A DNA stretch of 64,000 nt from an uncultured Christensenella sp. (GTDB lineage: Bacteria > Bacillota > Clostridia > Christensenellales > UBA1242): positions 12,881-76,880 of the forward strand of contig CASDOR010000021.1 in NCBI GenBank assembly GCA_949282135.1, read 5' to 3'. This document shows, piece by piece, positions 54,984-64,000 of this stretch. Under the pieces are notes generated by a model. The model saw only the letters and a list, made by a program, of their open reading frames with translations. It did no database searches and was not told the origin of the DNA. The translations under genes and the position numbers were made by a program. Numbering within the stretch: the stretch's first letter is position 1; the number at the start of each line of letters is the position of its first letter.

Positions 54984-56021
54984 ATGGAAACAAAAATACT
55001 TAAACCAACTAATAAAAATATGCTACTTGCCGCATCTCTCTTAAAGCAAGGAGAAGTAATTGGTGTGCCAACTGAAACTGTTTATGGGCTTGCAGGAGAT
55101 AGCACAAATAGTAGTGCAATAGAAAAAATATTTAAGGCAAAAGGTAGACCAAACGACAATCCCCTTATTTGTCACATTTCAAGTTTAGAAATGCTTAACT
55201 TTATTGTAAAAAAAACCCCAGAAGATGCACTTACACTTGCTAAAGTTTTTTGGCCGGGACCTCTAACAATAATTATGCCACGAGGGGAAAGAGTGTGCAA
55301 AGAAAGTTGTGCAGGACTAGATAGTGTTGGAGTTAGAATGCCTAAGAATAAGATTGCACTTAAAATAATAGACCTTGCAGGAATTCCATTTTCTGCACCA
55401 AGTGCAAATATAAGTGGAAAACCTAGCCCAACAAACGCTTTCGACGTGTACGAAGATATGAAAGGTAAGATTCCTCTTATAATTGACGGTGGAGAATGCG
55501 AGGCTGGAGTAGAAAGCACAGTTGTCTCACTACTTGAGAATACTCCTATTATTCTTAGACCAGGAGTAATCACAAAAGAGGATATGGAGAGTGTTCTTAA
55601 AAAAGAAGTTAAAGTTGCAAAAGGTGTAACTCAAGAAGTTTCTAATGCTCAAAAAGTCTTATCTCCTGGAATGAAATACAAACACTATGCACCAAAAGCA
55701 GACATAACAATTCTAAATGGTGACTTAGAAGATTTTTGCGAATTTGTAAAAAAACACGACGAAGAAGGCACGTATGCCATGTGTTTTGACGAGGAAAAAG
55801 AATACATGCCAATTCCAGCTATTAGTTTTGGCAAAAAAAACGACCCAAAATCACAAGCACATAACTTGTTTTCTGCCCTTAGAGAACTTGACAATGTTGG
55901 TGCAAAAAGAGTTTTTGCAAGATGTCCACAAAAAGACGGTGTAGGACTTGCTGTATATAATAGACTTATTCGTTCTGCAGGCTTTAAAATTATTAATTTG
56001 AACTGCAAGAAACAAATTTAA
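54984..56021 (+). CDS. tsaC: L-threonylcarbamoyladenylate synthase (Sua5/YwlC long form)
   Basis: Contains VIGVPTETVYGLAGD and SAPSANISGKPSPT plus a C-terminal Sua5 domain. 345 aa. Confidence 0.9.
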   Translation: METKILKPTNKNMLLAASLLKQGEVIGVPTETVYGLAGDSTNSSAIEKIFKAKGRPNDNPLICHISSLEMLNFIVKKTPEDALTLAKVFWPGPLTIIMPRGERVCKESCAGLDSVGVRMPKNKIALKIIDLAGIPFSAPSANISGKPSPTNAFDVYEDMKGKIPLIIDGGECEAGVESTVVSLLENTPIILRPGVITKEDMESVLKKEVKVAKGVTQEVSNAQKVLSPGMKYKHYAPKADITILNGDLEDFCEFVKKHDEEGTYAMCFDEEKEYMPIPAISFGKKNDPKSQAHNLFSALRELDNVGAKRVFARCPQKDGVGLAVYNRLIRSAGFKIINLNCKKQI

Positions 56022-56073
56022 TCATTAGTTGTCTTGTTAAAATATATAATAATTAAGCCAAACAAAACAAATT

Positions 56074-56114
56074 AAAAAAGATAGCTACTTTAAATTTAAG
56101 AGCTATCTTTTTTT
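56074..56114. terminator. Bidirectional intrinsic terminator
   Basis: AAAAAAGATAGCT-(14 nt)-AGCTATCTTTTTTT, lying between convergent genes. Confidence 0.75.
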
Positions 56115-56137
56115 GACCAAATTTTAGATTGAATTTA

Positions 56138-57253
56138 TTATGACAATTTTTCTACAGTCATGCTAACATTATTAAACGTTGTATTGTTTGCTCCGTCATT
56201 AACCAGTGTTAATACAGTGCCAGGAGAAGTATTATCATACACAAAGGAAGTACCCAAATTTGCAGTTTCTGAAGTCGCAATATTTGCTGAACTTGTGCTT
56301 TGATCAATCCCAACGCTATTTGCCTGAACTTCAAGAGACACTACCCCTGCAGTTGTTGAGGTCGCATTAGCACTATAAGTTATTCTATAAACACCTGTTG
56401 TATTTAATGTTACATCCGCAGTACTTCCTGTATGTGAAATATCTGTTGATGCAAGATTTGCGACATCATTTAGTGTGACGGTAGCCCCATTTGCAATATC
56501 ACCTGTTGTCGGATTAGTGAAACCTGCTACAAGCGATGTTGCAGTCGCTCCTGTTGGCCCCGTTGCTCCTGTTGGGCCTGTGGCACCTGTGGCTCCAGTT
56601 GGGCCTGTTGGGCCTATAGTGCCTGTGGCTCCTGCTGGGCCGGTAGGACCTGTTGCACCTGTAGCTCCCGTTGCTCCAGTTGGTCCAGTTGCACCCGTTC
56701 CCGTTGCTCCTGTAGGGCCTGTCGGGCCTGTTGGGCCACTTACTCCAGTTGGTCCGGTTGGGCCCGTTACACTAAGCCCTATTGGTCCTGTTGGCCCCGT
56801 TGGACCTGTTGCACCAGCAGCCCCAGTGGCGCCTGTTGGACCAGTTGCCCCTGTTACACTTGTTCCAGCTGGGCCTGTTGGACCGGTAGGTCCTGTTGGG
56901 CCTGCAACTCCAGTAGCTCCAGTTGGACCTGTTAAGCCTATTGGACCTACAGCACCTGCTGGACCGGTAGGTCCTATTGGTCCTGCTGGGCCTGTAGCCC
57001 CAGTTGCACCGCCTGCCCCAGTGGCTCCGGTAAGTCCTGCTGGACCTGTTGGCCCTGTTGGGCCCGTTGCTCCAGTTAAACCGGTTAGGCCTGTTAAGCC
57101 AGTTGGACCTGTTGGCCCCGTTGCTCCAGTTGGACCTGTCGCGCCTGTTGGGCCTCCTGATGGTCCAGTTGGTCCCGTAGGTCCTGTTGGACCTGCTGGG
57201 CCTGTTGGACCTCTAAAATTTGGTCTTGGGCATATACAATTACAGCAATTCAT
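56138..57253 (-). CDS. Collagen-like triple-helix-repeat protein (BclA-like) with a Cys-rich N-terminus and a 134-aa beta-rich C-terminal domain
   Basis: The ATG at 57251-57253 is preceded by GGAGG. The N-terminus [14 protein letters not shown] is followed by about 223 aa of G-X-T/A repeats, then [10 protein letters not shown]...VEKLS. Confidence 0.85.
   Translation of the reverse strand: MNCCNCICPRPNFRGPTGPAGPTGPTGPTGPSGGPTGATGPTGATGPTGPTGLTGLTGLTGATGPTGPTGPAGLTGATGAGGATGATGPAGPIGPTGPAGAVGPIGLTGPTGATGVAGPTGPTGPTGPAGTSVTGATGPTGATGAAGATGPTGPTGPIGLSVTGPTGPTGVSGPTGPTGPTGATGTGATGPTGATGATGATGPTGPAGATGTIGPTGPTGATGATGPTGATGPTGATATSLVAGFTNPTTGDIANGATVTLNDVANLASTDISHTGSTADVTLNTTGVYRITYSANATSTTAGVVSLEVQANSVGIDQSTSSANIATSETANLGTSFVYDNTSPGTVLTLVNDGANNTTFNNVSMTVEKLS
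56543..57211 (-). repeat. GXY (mostly GPT/GAT) coding repeat; local GC-rich island
   Basis: Continuous GGN-CCN-ACN periodicity. It produces a mirror ORF on the plus strand. Confidence 0.95.
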
Positions 57254-57368
57254 AAAAAATCCTCCTAAGCTCAATGCATAATACGCAAAAAAAAGATTTT
57301 TTGTGAATTTTCCGTAATTAACACTGCTTTTATAACCTTTAATAAAACAATTTTAGTAAAACCTTTTT

Positions 57369-58094
57369 TCAATCTCTTTCACAAATAGATTTCTTTAAAG
57401 TCAGTAAAAGATCTTTATCTTCTTTACTTACTCTAAAACTATCTCTACATTTACTAATTGTTTTCTTTAGCACAAAATCATTTAATTTATTCTCTTTTAA
57501 AAACTCAAGTGTTTTTTTTCTTTGTTTTATAAACGCATCACATAGTAGCCAACTCGCACACATATTGACGTAATAATGCGTTTCACTTTTAAGACTTTCA
57601 ACTAGTCTAAATACTTCATCTATATTATCATCATCCAAAAACTTAAATAAAATCCTTAGACCAATTCTTCTTACAAAAGGTTCTTTATAACCTATGAATT
57701 CTTTTGCAAGATTTAAAAACAAATGTTTGTTTTTCCCACTTTTTTTAAATTTTAAAGTGTCGCATGCTGCCCAATTATCCACAAGAAGAGCATATTTTGT
57801 TAATAACTTTTTAAACAGATCAAATTCGTCTATTTTGCAAATAAGTTCTCCAAGAATCAAAACCTCTGTATGATTATTAAAAAGCCAGAGATTAATAAAA
57901 CCTCTAAAATTCCCCTTAGCTATTTCACTCGAAATCTGCTTTATTTGGCTACTTTTTATACCAAGACAAGGAAGAGAGGTATTTACAACTCTTTTTTCAA
58001 ACTCCCTTTCTTTTTCATTTCCTGATATGCTTTCAAGGTAATTTTCAAAGAAAATTCCATCATTTTTATTCCAAAAAGCACGATTTAGATCCAT
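57369..58094 (-). CDS. DNA alkylation repair protein (AlkD-like HEAT-repeat family)
   Basis: 241 aa, all-helical. The NWAACD and FVRRIGLR patterns are typical of the DNA_alkylation family. Confidence 0.65.
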   Translation of the reverse strand: MDLNRAFWNKNDGIFFENYLESISGNEKEREFEKRVVNTSLPCLGIKSSQIKQISSEIAKGNFRGFINLWLFNNHTEVLILGELICKIDEFDLFKKLLTKYALLVDNWAACDTLKFKKSGKNKHLFLNLAKEFIGYKEPFVRRIGLRILFKFLDDDNIDEVFRLVESLKSETHYYVNMCASWLLCDAFIKQRKKTLEFLKENKLNDFVLKKTISKCRDSFRVSKEDKDLLLTLKKSICERD

Positions 58095-58185
58095 TTTTTA
58101 TAAATTTCTCCTTTTTTTGTTTTGATTTTTATGAATTTATGATAAACTTAAGATGACTAAGAATTAACACAGATGAGGATAATAT

Positions 58186-58548
58186 ATGGATAAAAACGTG
58201 TATATTTCAAAAATGTCATACATTCCTACTAATTTAAAAGGTTTTTGCAAGCTTAAATTCGAGCTTTTTGACAGAAATCAAGAGAAAGATTCTTTTACAA
58301 CCTCTTCTATGACAGAATATAATGCAAAAAAATATGAAAAAGAAGTTCTTAATACACTTGGATATAGTAGTTTTCTAGACATGTTTTATGGGATTAACCC
58401 AGAAGAGTTTGCTACAATAAAAGACGAAAATACTAAAGCAATTGTAGGTTTGCAAAATGAAAAAATATTAATGCGCCGAGATGGAGTTACAAATCTTAAT
58501 CCTACAAATAAAAATAGGCAAGAAAAAGATTTTGATTTTATTCGTTAA
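58186..58548 (+). CDS. Hypothetical protein
   Basis: 120-aa ORF with SD GAGGA upstream. No recognisable family. Confidence 0.6.
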   Translation: MDKNVYISKMSYIPTNLKGFCKLKFELFDRNQEKDSFTTSSMTEYNAKKYEKEVLNTLGYSSFLDMFYGINPEEFATIKDENTKAIVGLQNEKILMRRDGVTNLNPTNKNRQEKDFDFIR

Positions 58549-58550
58549 TA

Positions 58551-59480
58551 CTACCGCCTTTTTAGTCTTAAATCTTTATTTTTTATATCAACAATAAGAG
58601 TATTTGCCTTGTTACAAATTCGACTAAACGTCCTATCTCCATATCTGTCAAGGAGATTTCTTAGTGTCAAATTTGTAGTAATAATAGTGCTCTTATTTTT
58701 TATTAGTCTTTCATTTAAAATGAGATATAAATAATCTTCATTAACTTTCTTTAAAAGGGGCTCACTACCTAAGTCATCAATTATTAAAATGTCGCAATTA
58801 ATTAAACCTTCAATCAAGTCGTTTTTATTGTCCTCAAAAGTTGTGTGATATTTTAAAAAAACATTATTTAACGTAAACGCAGTATAGAAATTTATTGATT
58901 TATTACCATTTAATAGTCTATTACAAATACACTCAACTAAATATGTTTTTCCAACCCCAGTTTCTCCACAAATAAGTAAATTTTTGTATTTTGAGGTTTC
59001 TATCTTGTTTACCCACTTTTCTATAGTTTTATAATTTCTCTCTATCTTGTCCTTGTCTTCAAACAAATTAAAATTTGCTTTTTCAAAAGTGTGCTCTCTA
59101 TTTATTTCAAAACCAACACTTTTTGTAATTTCCCTATTTAACTTCTCATAAAAACATTTACAAAATTTATTATCAACATAACCAGTATCCTTACAAATTG
59201 GACAGTTGTACTTTACGTTAAAATCAGAAAAGCTCATTTTAAGTTTTTTTAATAAATTCTCAATGCGTTTGATAACTTCTAAAAGAATTTTTTTCTTTTC
59301 TTTTACATCCTCGCTATTAAACTCCGCCTTAGCAATTTCATAATTAAGACTTTTTAATTTTAAATACAAGTCTTTAAAATCTTTACTTTCTAGTGCTTGT
59401 CTAAGCTTTAATTCAGCTTCAAGTTCTTCTCTTTCTCTCTGCCTTTTTATTTCATTTAATACTTTTAATTTAATGTTCAT
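58551..59480 (-). CDS. dnaI: Helicase loader DnaI-like AAA+ ATPase
   Basis: Contains an N-terminal zinc-binding CPICKDTGY...CKC, Walker A GETGVGKTY and Walker B LIIDDLG. It lies directly downstream of a DnaD-domain gene. Confidence 0.85.
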   Translation of the reverse strand: MNIKLKVLNEIKRQREREELEAELKLRQALESKDFKDLYLKLKSLNYEIAKAEFNSEDVKEKKKILLEVIKRIENLLKKLKMSFSDFNVKYNCPICKDTGYVDNKFCKCFYEKLNREITKSVGFEINREHTFEKANFNLFEDKDKIERNYKTIEKWVNKIETSKYKNLLICGETGVGKTYLVECICNRLLNGNKSINFYTAFTLNNVFLKYHTTFEDNKNDLIEGLINCDILIIDDLGSEPLLKKVNEDYLYLILNERLIKNKSTIITTNLTLRNLLDRYGDRTFSRICNKANTLIVDIKNKDLRLKRR

Positions 59481-59503
59481 TTTTCTACTCTTTCTTTTAT
59501 ATT

Positions 59504-60964
59504 TTATAAATCTATCTCGTCTAGATTGTCAAACAAAGCATTTAATTCTTCATCTGTAAACTCTCTTTGTCTAAAGCTCTTAGTGTTTACTTGTGGTGAT
59601 GAATTTACAACTACTCCTGTACTGTCTTTTTTGACTTCCTCTAAGGTAGTCAATTTTTTATCGTGCCAATTTGTTAGTATAGCATTGGCATACTGCATTG
59701 AATTTACTTTATTTTTTGATAACTCTATCGCATAGTTTATAATCTCATCACTAAACTTATAAGTATACGTCCATGTGCGATAAAACGACCTGTCATAGGT
59801 GTTTACTTTCCTATCAAGCTGTAGTAATTCCAAAAGTTCTTTAATTCTATTGTCAACCTCTAAAACTTCACCAACATATTCATTTATGCTATTTATTGAA
59901 GTAAGCCCTAGTTTATAAAATTTCTGCACAACCTCATTCATTCCATTTAAGCTTCTTATTCCACACGAAAAACAATACTGAGCAACACTTTTTAGTGTTT
60001 TATCATCAAAGCCTCTACTTTCCCAAGGCAAAATATATGTATCAATTTCGTTATCTACAGACTCGTAAAAAATACCTAATCTCTTATTTATCTCTTTTGC
60101 AAGTTCAATAAGACTGCTTTTATTTGCCTCATAATTTTCTATTTCACCAAAACTAAACAGTTTGAGTTCATAATATTTTGTAAGATATTTATCAAGGGTC
60201 TCAAAACTATAATTTTTAGTTTTTGAAGAAACCTTTTTAGCAACAAGTGTAATATTGTTTAAGTTAAACCCATAAGACTTTGTCCACTTTTCATAAAGTT
60301 GCTGATGCTCTATTGACAAATTGCCTCTAAACTTTAATGCTTTTGCAACAACATTTACATCACTTGTCACAAGTGTTAGATCTTCAATTTTTTGTTCAAT
60401 CTTTTCTGCAGTTCTAATACCTTCCTCCACCCAAGTTTTAGCAACCGTTAGAATATAATTTGCATTAATATTATCGCCTTTTTTCTCAACGCAAAACTTT
60501 GCTATCATATTAAAGTCGCATGGCTTTATGTCGTTTGTTTCTATAAAATCAATGTACTTATAGAACTCATTTGGATTAATTTGCCTGCCCTTTATTATGT
60601 CTTGAATTTCTTGTATAAAGCTTGCATATTTTTTGCTTTCGACTTTTTTTAGTGACCTAATGTTATCTTTGACAGGAAGATATCTTATTTCATATTCCCC
60701 ATTATTTTCAAGCACCTGAACAACATTTTGATCTTGCCAGTATAAAAAGCAATTTATGACATCTTCTTTTGACAAATTTAGGACATTGACAAAGTTGTCT
60801 ATTGAATTATCTCTTCCTGCACTATTTTGGCATTTTAACAGACCAAACAAGTAAACTTTTAAACATTCATCTGGAGCGATGGCAAGATAGTCATTTAAAA
60901 ACTTTGCATCAAGACTAATTGTTTCAGAATTAATTAATGAGCTTGAATATTTACAAAATGCCAT
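59504..60964 (-). CDS. Replication initiation / membrane attachment protein (DnaD-domain, B. subtilis DnaB-like)
   Basis: 486 aa. The dnaB(Bsu)-dnaI gene order is typical of Bacillota. YILTVAKTWVEEGIRT and ANAILTNWHDKKLTTLEEV are DnaD-domain-like repeats. Confidence 0.7.
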   Translation of the reverse strand: MAFCKYSSSLINSETISLDAKFLNDYLAIAPDECLKVYLFGLLKCQNSAGRDNSIDNFVNVLNLSKEDVINCFLYWQDQNVVQVLENNGEYEIRYLPVKDNIRSLKKVESKKYASFIQEIQDIIKGRQINPNEFYKYIDFIETNDIKPCDFNMIAKFCVEKKGDNINANYILTVAKTWVEEGIRTAEKIEQKIEDLTLVTSDVNVVAKALKFRGNLSIEHQQLYEKWTKSYGFNLNNITLVAKKVSSKTKNYSFETLDKYLTKYYELKLFSFGEIENYEANKSSLIELAKEINKRLGIFYESVDNEIDTYILPWESRGFDDKTLKSVAQYCFSCGIRSLNGMNEVVQKFYKLGLTSINSINEYVGEVLEVDNRIKELLELLQLDRKVNTYDRSFYRTWTYTYKFSDEIINYAIELSKNKVNSMQYANAILTNWHDKKLTTLEEVKKDSTGVVVNSSPQVNTKSFRQREFTDEELNALFDNLDEIDL

Positions 60965-61078
60965 TTCTCCCCTCCACTAAAAATCAAAAATAGTTTAACA
61001 AAATTAAAATATATATTCAATAATTAAACCAAACTTTTAAAAATATTTGTTTATTTGCACAAATCTTTATCTGTTTTA

Positions 61079-61282
61079 CTACCAGTCTTCTTTTATATAT
61101 TTGCTCTTTTGTTTAATGTCATTATAAAACTCTTGATATTTATCTTTATAATCTTTCTTTTTCTCTTCTTCCTCTTGTATGTCTTCTTGCATATATGCCT
61201 CGCAGTCCTGTTTTTCAGCAAGTTTTAATAATTTTAATTTGTTCACTTTGTTATCTCCTAAATGTTTAAATTTTCTGCCCAT
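61079..61282 (-). CDS. Possible small K/E-rich protein
   Basis: 67 aa from the ATG at 61280-61282, overlapping the rluA-family 3' end by 25 nt. No clear SD. Confidence 0.3.
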   Translation of the reverse strand: MGRKFKHLGDNKVNKLKLLKLAEKQDCEAYMQEDIQEEEEKKKDYKDKYQEFYNDIKQKSKYIKEDW

Positions 61283-62094
61283 TTTGGCAAACAACTAAAT
61301 TCTTTTTTACTTAAGTAACTAAGTTTCCCCTTTATTTCTTTAAAAGAAAGTTTATAACAAAATAATTTTTGAGTTTTTTCTTTATATTTTTTATTTATCT
61401 CGCTCCTGCCATATTTTTTGTCTCCAATTATAGGATGTCCTAAATAAGATAAATGCGCCCTTAATTGATGAGTCCTACCAGTTAGAAGTTCGCATTCTAC
61501 AATAGTAGTAGAAGTTTTAATCCTAAGAGTTCTAAATCTTGTCAGTATTTCCTTGTAACCCCTCTCTTTTCTATCACTTACATAAACAATTGACTTCTTT
61601 GCATCTTTGAATAAATAAGCTCTTTTTATCTCACCATTAAATTGTACCTTTCCTTCAACCTCACAAATATAATTTTTAACTACTTGTCCATTTTTAAAAA
61701 GTTCCTTTAAGGAGTCTACCTCGTCCAATTTTTTTGCCATTATTATTAGCCCTTCAGTATTCCTATCGAGTCTATGTACTGCAATAAAATTTGTTTTACC
61801 TTCTAATCCATTTTCGCCACAAGTTAGTATATTTTTTGGCTTTAACAATATACAAAAGTTTTCATCCTCGTAAATAGTGGTAATTTTTATTTCATTTTCT
61901 TTTAATTCTTCATTTAAGAAAAGCTCTATTTTATCATTTATTTTGAGCTTAATATTGTCTTTTACTCGTTTATTGTTTACCTTTATATCCTTATTTTTTA
62001 GTAATGACTTTATTTCCCCATGTTTTAAACCTTTTTCACTTAAAAACTTATTTAATAATATTTCTTCAGTTATTCTAAACTCATATTTTCTCAT
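61258..62094 (-). CDS. RluA-family pseudouridine synthase (with an S4-like N-terminus)
   Basis: Contains the HRLDRNTEG catalytic-Asp motif and GRTHQLR. The ATG at 62092-62094 is preceded by AGGTG. Confidence 0.9.
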   Translation of the reverse strand: MRKYEFRITEEILLNKFLSEKGLKHGEIKSLLKNKDIKVNNKRVKDNIKLKINDKIELFLNEELKENEIKITTIYEDENFCILLKPKNILTCGENGLEGKTNFIAVHRLDRNTEGLIIMAKKLDEVDSLKELFKNGQVVKNYICEVEGKVQFNGEIKRAYLFKDAKKSIVYVSDRKERGYKEILTRFRTLRIKTSTTIVECELLTGRTHQLRAHLSYLGHPIIGDKKYGRSEINKKYKEKTQKLFCYKLSFKEIKGKLSYLSKKEFSCLPKWAENLNI

Positions 62095-62106
62095 TGAAAA
62101 CACCTT

Positions 62107-62994
62107 TTAATCATTAAGTGATTTTAAAATATAGTCTTTTATTTCTTCAAGTTCTTTTAAAGTCGTAGATGCCCCACCTGTCAGACCTATAAAATCACCC
62201 TTTTTTATGCTTTTATTTTCTATTAGCTTTACGACATCACTCATGCTTTCTGCAAAAAAAGATGTTTTGTATTTTGACACATTATTAAAAAGTTCCTTTG
62301 TATTACTGGAATTTTTACCGCCTACTACAATCATTTTATCAACTTCTTTTGCAAGAATAACGGATTTTTCATTTATCGTTCTTTGGGCAGAGCATGTCGT
62401 GTCTTTATACTCAAAAATTTTTCCTGCCTGTATAATTTTATTTGAAATTTTTTCAATCATTTTAATTGCTTTTTCACGCGAAAATGTAGTTTGAACAACC
62501 AAAAAATACTTATCAAAACTTAAGTTAAGATTATCAATTTCTTCCTCTTCTTCAATCATAATTGGGTCGTTACACCACTGTGATGTCCCAAGCACTTCAG
62601 GATGCATTTTGCCTGTTTTATAACCATATTTGCCTATTAAAATAATTTTATAACCCTCTTTGTCCTTTTGTTCAACAAGTTTATTAATGTGTAAGACATT
62701 CGGACAAGTGCAGTCTAGATAGTCAATATGTTTGCTCTCTAAATACCTATATGTCCCCTTTCCCTCGCCATGTGCACGAAGAATAACATAGTCCCCTTGT
62801 TTTAATTCTTCTAACTCTTCTTTTTGTATTATATTAAGCTTGTTTAAATCTTGCACAACTCTTTTATTGTGCAAAATTTCTTTAAATAAAACTACGTTTT
62901 TTCCCTCTTTTTTTGCTTGAATTGTACTAGTTAGTGCCCTTTTTGCCCCATAACACAAACAACAAATTTCACTAATTTTAACCTTTGTTTTCAT
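62107..62994 (-). CDS. ispH: 4-hydroxy-3-methylbut-2-enyl diphosphate reductase
   Basis: 295 aa with conserved Cys at GAKRA-context C12, CPNV and TCSAQ. Confidence 0.85.
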   Translation of the reverse strand: MKTKVKISEICCLCYGAKRALTSTIQAKKEGKNVVLFKEILHNKRVVQDLNKLNIIQKEELEELKQGDYVILRAHGEGKGTYRYLESKHIDYLDCTCPNVLHINKLVEQKDKEGYKIILIGKYGYKTGKMHPEVLGTSQWCNDPIMIEEEEEIDNLNLSFDKYFLVVQTTFSREKAIKMIEKISNKIIQAGKIFEYKDTTCSAQRTINEKSVILAKEVDKMIVVGGKNSSNTKELFNNVSKYKTSFFAESMSDVVKLIENKSIKKGDFIGLTGGASTTLKELEEIKDYILKSLND

Positions 62995-63161
62995 TTTTCA
63001 CCTGTACACCATAACTTTAAAACTTGCTGTGTTTTAATAGTGTAATTTTTTTTAAAAGACAAAACTAATTAAACTAATTAATCAACCTTAAGTCTAAAAA
63101 ACACACTATCGTCTTTCACATAATTATATTTTAACAAACCTTGGCTAATTTTCAAAATACT

Positions 63162-64000
63162 TTATTCCACGGTAACACTTTTTGCCAAATTTCTAGGTTT
63201 ATCAGGGTTAATATTCTTTATTATACTAGTTTTGTACGCAAGATATTGAAGCTTACTTGCTACCAAACAACAAATTAAATCGCTATCTATATCTTGAATT
63301 TCTATTTTTATAAATTTATCTTGAGTCTTAAATGGTGAGCAGATAACTACTTTGCCTCCTCTTGCCTCAACTTCACTAGCATTGTTTAATGTTTTATCAA
63401 GAAGTTTTTGATTTGTTGCTAATACAATCACGCAAACATTACTATCAACCTGTGCTAAATATCCATGTTTTAACTCTCCACTAGGACATGCAAAAGAGGA
63501 AATATAGCTTACTTCTTTTAATTTTAAACTTGCTTCAAGAGACGAAGAATAGTCAATGTCTCTACCAATAAAAGTAACACTTTGTTTTTTTGAAATAAGG
63601 GACGCAATTTCATCAATATCTGTAAATGTAGTTTTTTGAAGTGAAAGTCTTAATTTCTCTACATCTTTCATATAATCAATTTGCAAATTTCTTAATTGAC
63701 CTTCAAAATGTCTTGATAGCATATACAAAACTACAAGTTGAGCAATATAAGCTTTAGTTGATGCAACCGCCACCTCAATCCCAGCACACACATTTAAACA
63801 AATGTCAACATTTTTAGCAAGGGTACTATGCATAACATTTGTTATGCCGACACATAAGCCTCCAAAACGTTTTACTAGTTCAAGACAAGCTAATGTATCT
63901 GCTGTTTCTCCGCTTTGACTAATAAAAATGTATAAATTTGAAGGTTTAATTTTTTTGTCAGAATATCTAAATTCACTTGCAATTTCACAGGTAGAATCTA
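63162..64000 (-). CDS. glmS: Glutamine--fructose-6-phosphate aminotransferase, C-terminal SIS domains (5' part lies outside the window)
   Basis: Ends with the canonical ...KPRNLAKSVTVE. The frame stays open upstream of the ORF-track Met to position 64000 (e.g. ...GETADTLACLELVKRFGGLCVGITNVMHSTLAKN). Confidence 0.9.
   Translation of the reverse strand, partial: DSTCEIASEFRYSDKKIKPSNLYIFISQSGETADTLACLELVKRFGGLCVGITNVMHSTLAKNVDICLNVCAGIEVAVASTKAYIAQLVVLYMLSRHFEGQLRNLQIDYMKDVEKLRLSLQKTTFTDIDEIASLISKKQSVTFIGRDIDYSSSLEASLKLKEVSYISSFACPSGELKHGYLAQVDSNVCVIVLATNQKLLDKTLNNASEVEARGGKVVICSPFKTQDKFIKIEIQDIDSDLICCLVASKLQYLAYKTSIIKNINPDKPRNLAKSVTVE

Noticed and set aside
56475-57281. 268-aa plus-strand ORF ([11 protein letters not shown]...) antisense to the collagen-like gene
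   Set aside because: This is a mirror-frame artefact. The reverse complement of GGN-CCN-ACN repeats is also stop-free. It has no SD, and the minus-strand gene has GGAGG plus ATG and a proper non-repetitive C-terminal domain.
57775-57783. Perfect DnaA box TTATCCACA
   Set aside because: It is a single copy inside the alkD-like coding region. About one such 9-mer is expected by chance in 128 kb of two-strand sequence. There is no cluster or AT-rich unwinding element.

Overview
AT-rich (about 30% GC by eye) chromosomal segment from a low-GC Gram-positive-type (Bacillota-like) bacterium, probably an anaerobe. It uses the standard genetic code. I support about 56 protein genes, 50 of them on the minus strand, plus one tRNA-Ser(CGA). 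No rRNA, CRISPR array, transposase or integrase is visible. Gene content from left to right: (1) The 5' part of a type I-C CRISPR-Cas operon on the minus strand (cas3-cas5-cas8c-cas7), with cas7 truncated by the window edge. (2) A peroxiredoxin plus Fur/PerR-like operon with two Fur-type palindromes in its promoter. (3) Two tandem diverged paralogs of unknown function. (4) Membrane proteins including a DUF368-like gene, an orphan promoter-to-terminator unit that looks like a ~125-nt small RNA, and an XRE regulator. (5) Surface and lipoproteins. (6) dnaB helicase followed by an unusually short alaS. (7) A nucleoside hydrolase coupled to a CYTH-like gene, and a rubrerythrin. (8) A marR-cysS-aldh-tcdA operon. 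(9) A six-gene glycogen operon (malQ-glgB-glgA-glgP-GH13-pgi) with no glgC, in which GlgA carries a 206-aa Lys-rich N-terminal extension. (10) Teichoic-acid-type genes (TagF-like, TarI-like, SDR). (11) hsp20, a SIMPL-like gene and a possible HopA1/LanKC-N-like gene. (12) A two-subunit aconitase-X pair plus a TIM-barrel isomerase. (13) A Wzx-like flippase and a glycosyltransferase. (14) A reverse rubrerythrin and a ferritin-like gene. (15) An uncharacterised two-gene pair. (16) tsaC/sua5, possibly leaderless. (17) A GC-rich collagen-like (BclA-like) gene. (18) An alkD-like gene, a DnaD/DnaB-like gene with dnaI, rluA-family, ispH and the 3' part of glmS. The best candidates for something undescribed are the tandem paralogs (6877-8955), the 53206-54848 gene pair, the orphan sRNA-like unit (11049-11208) and the lysine-rich GlgA extension. 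None of these can be assigned a function from sequence reading alone.
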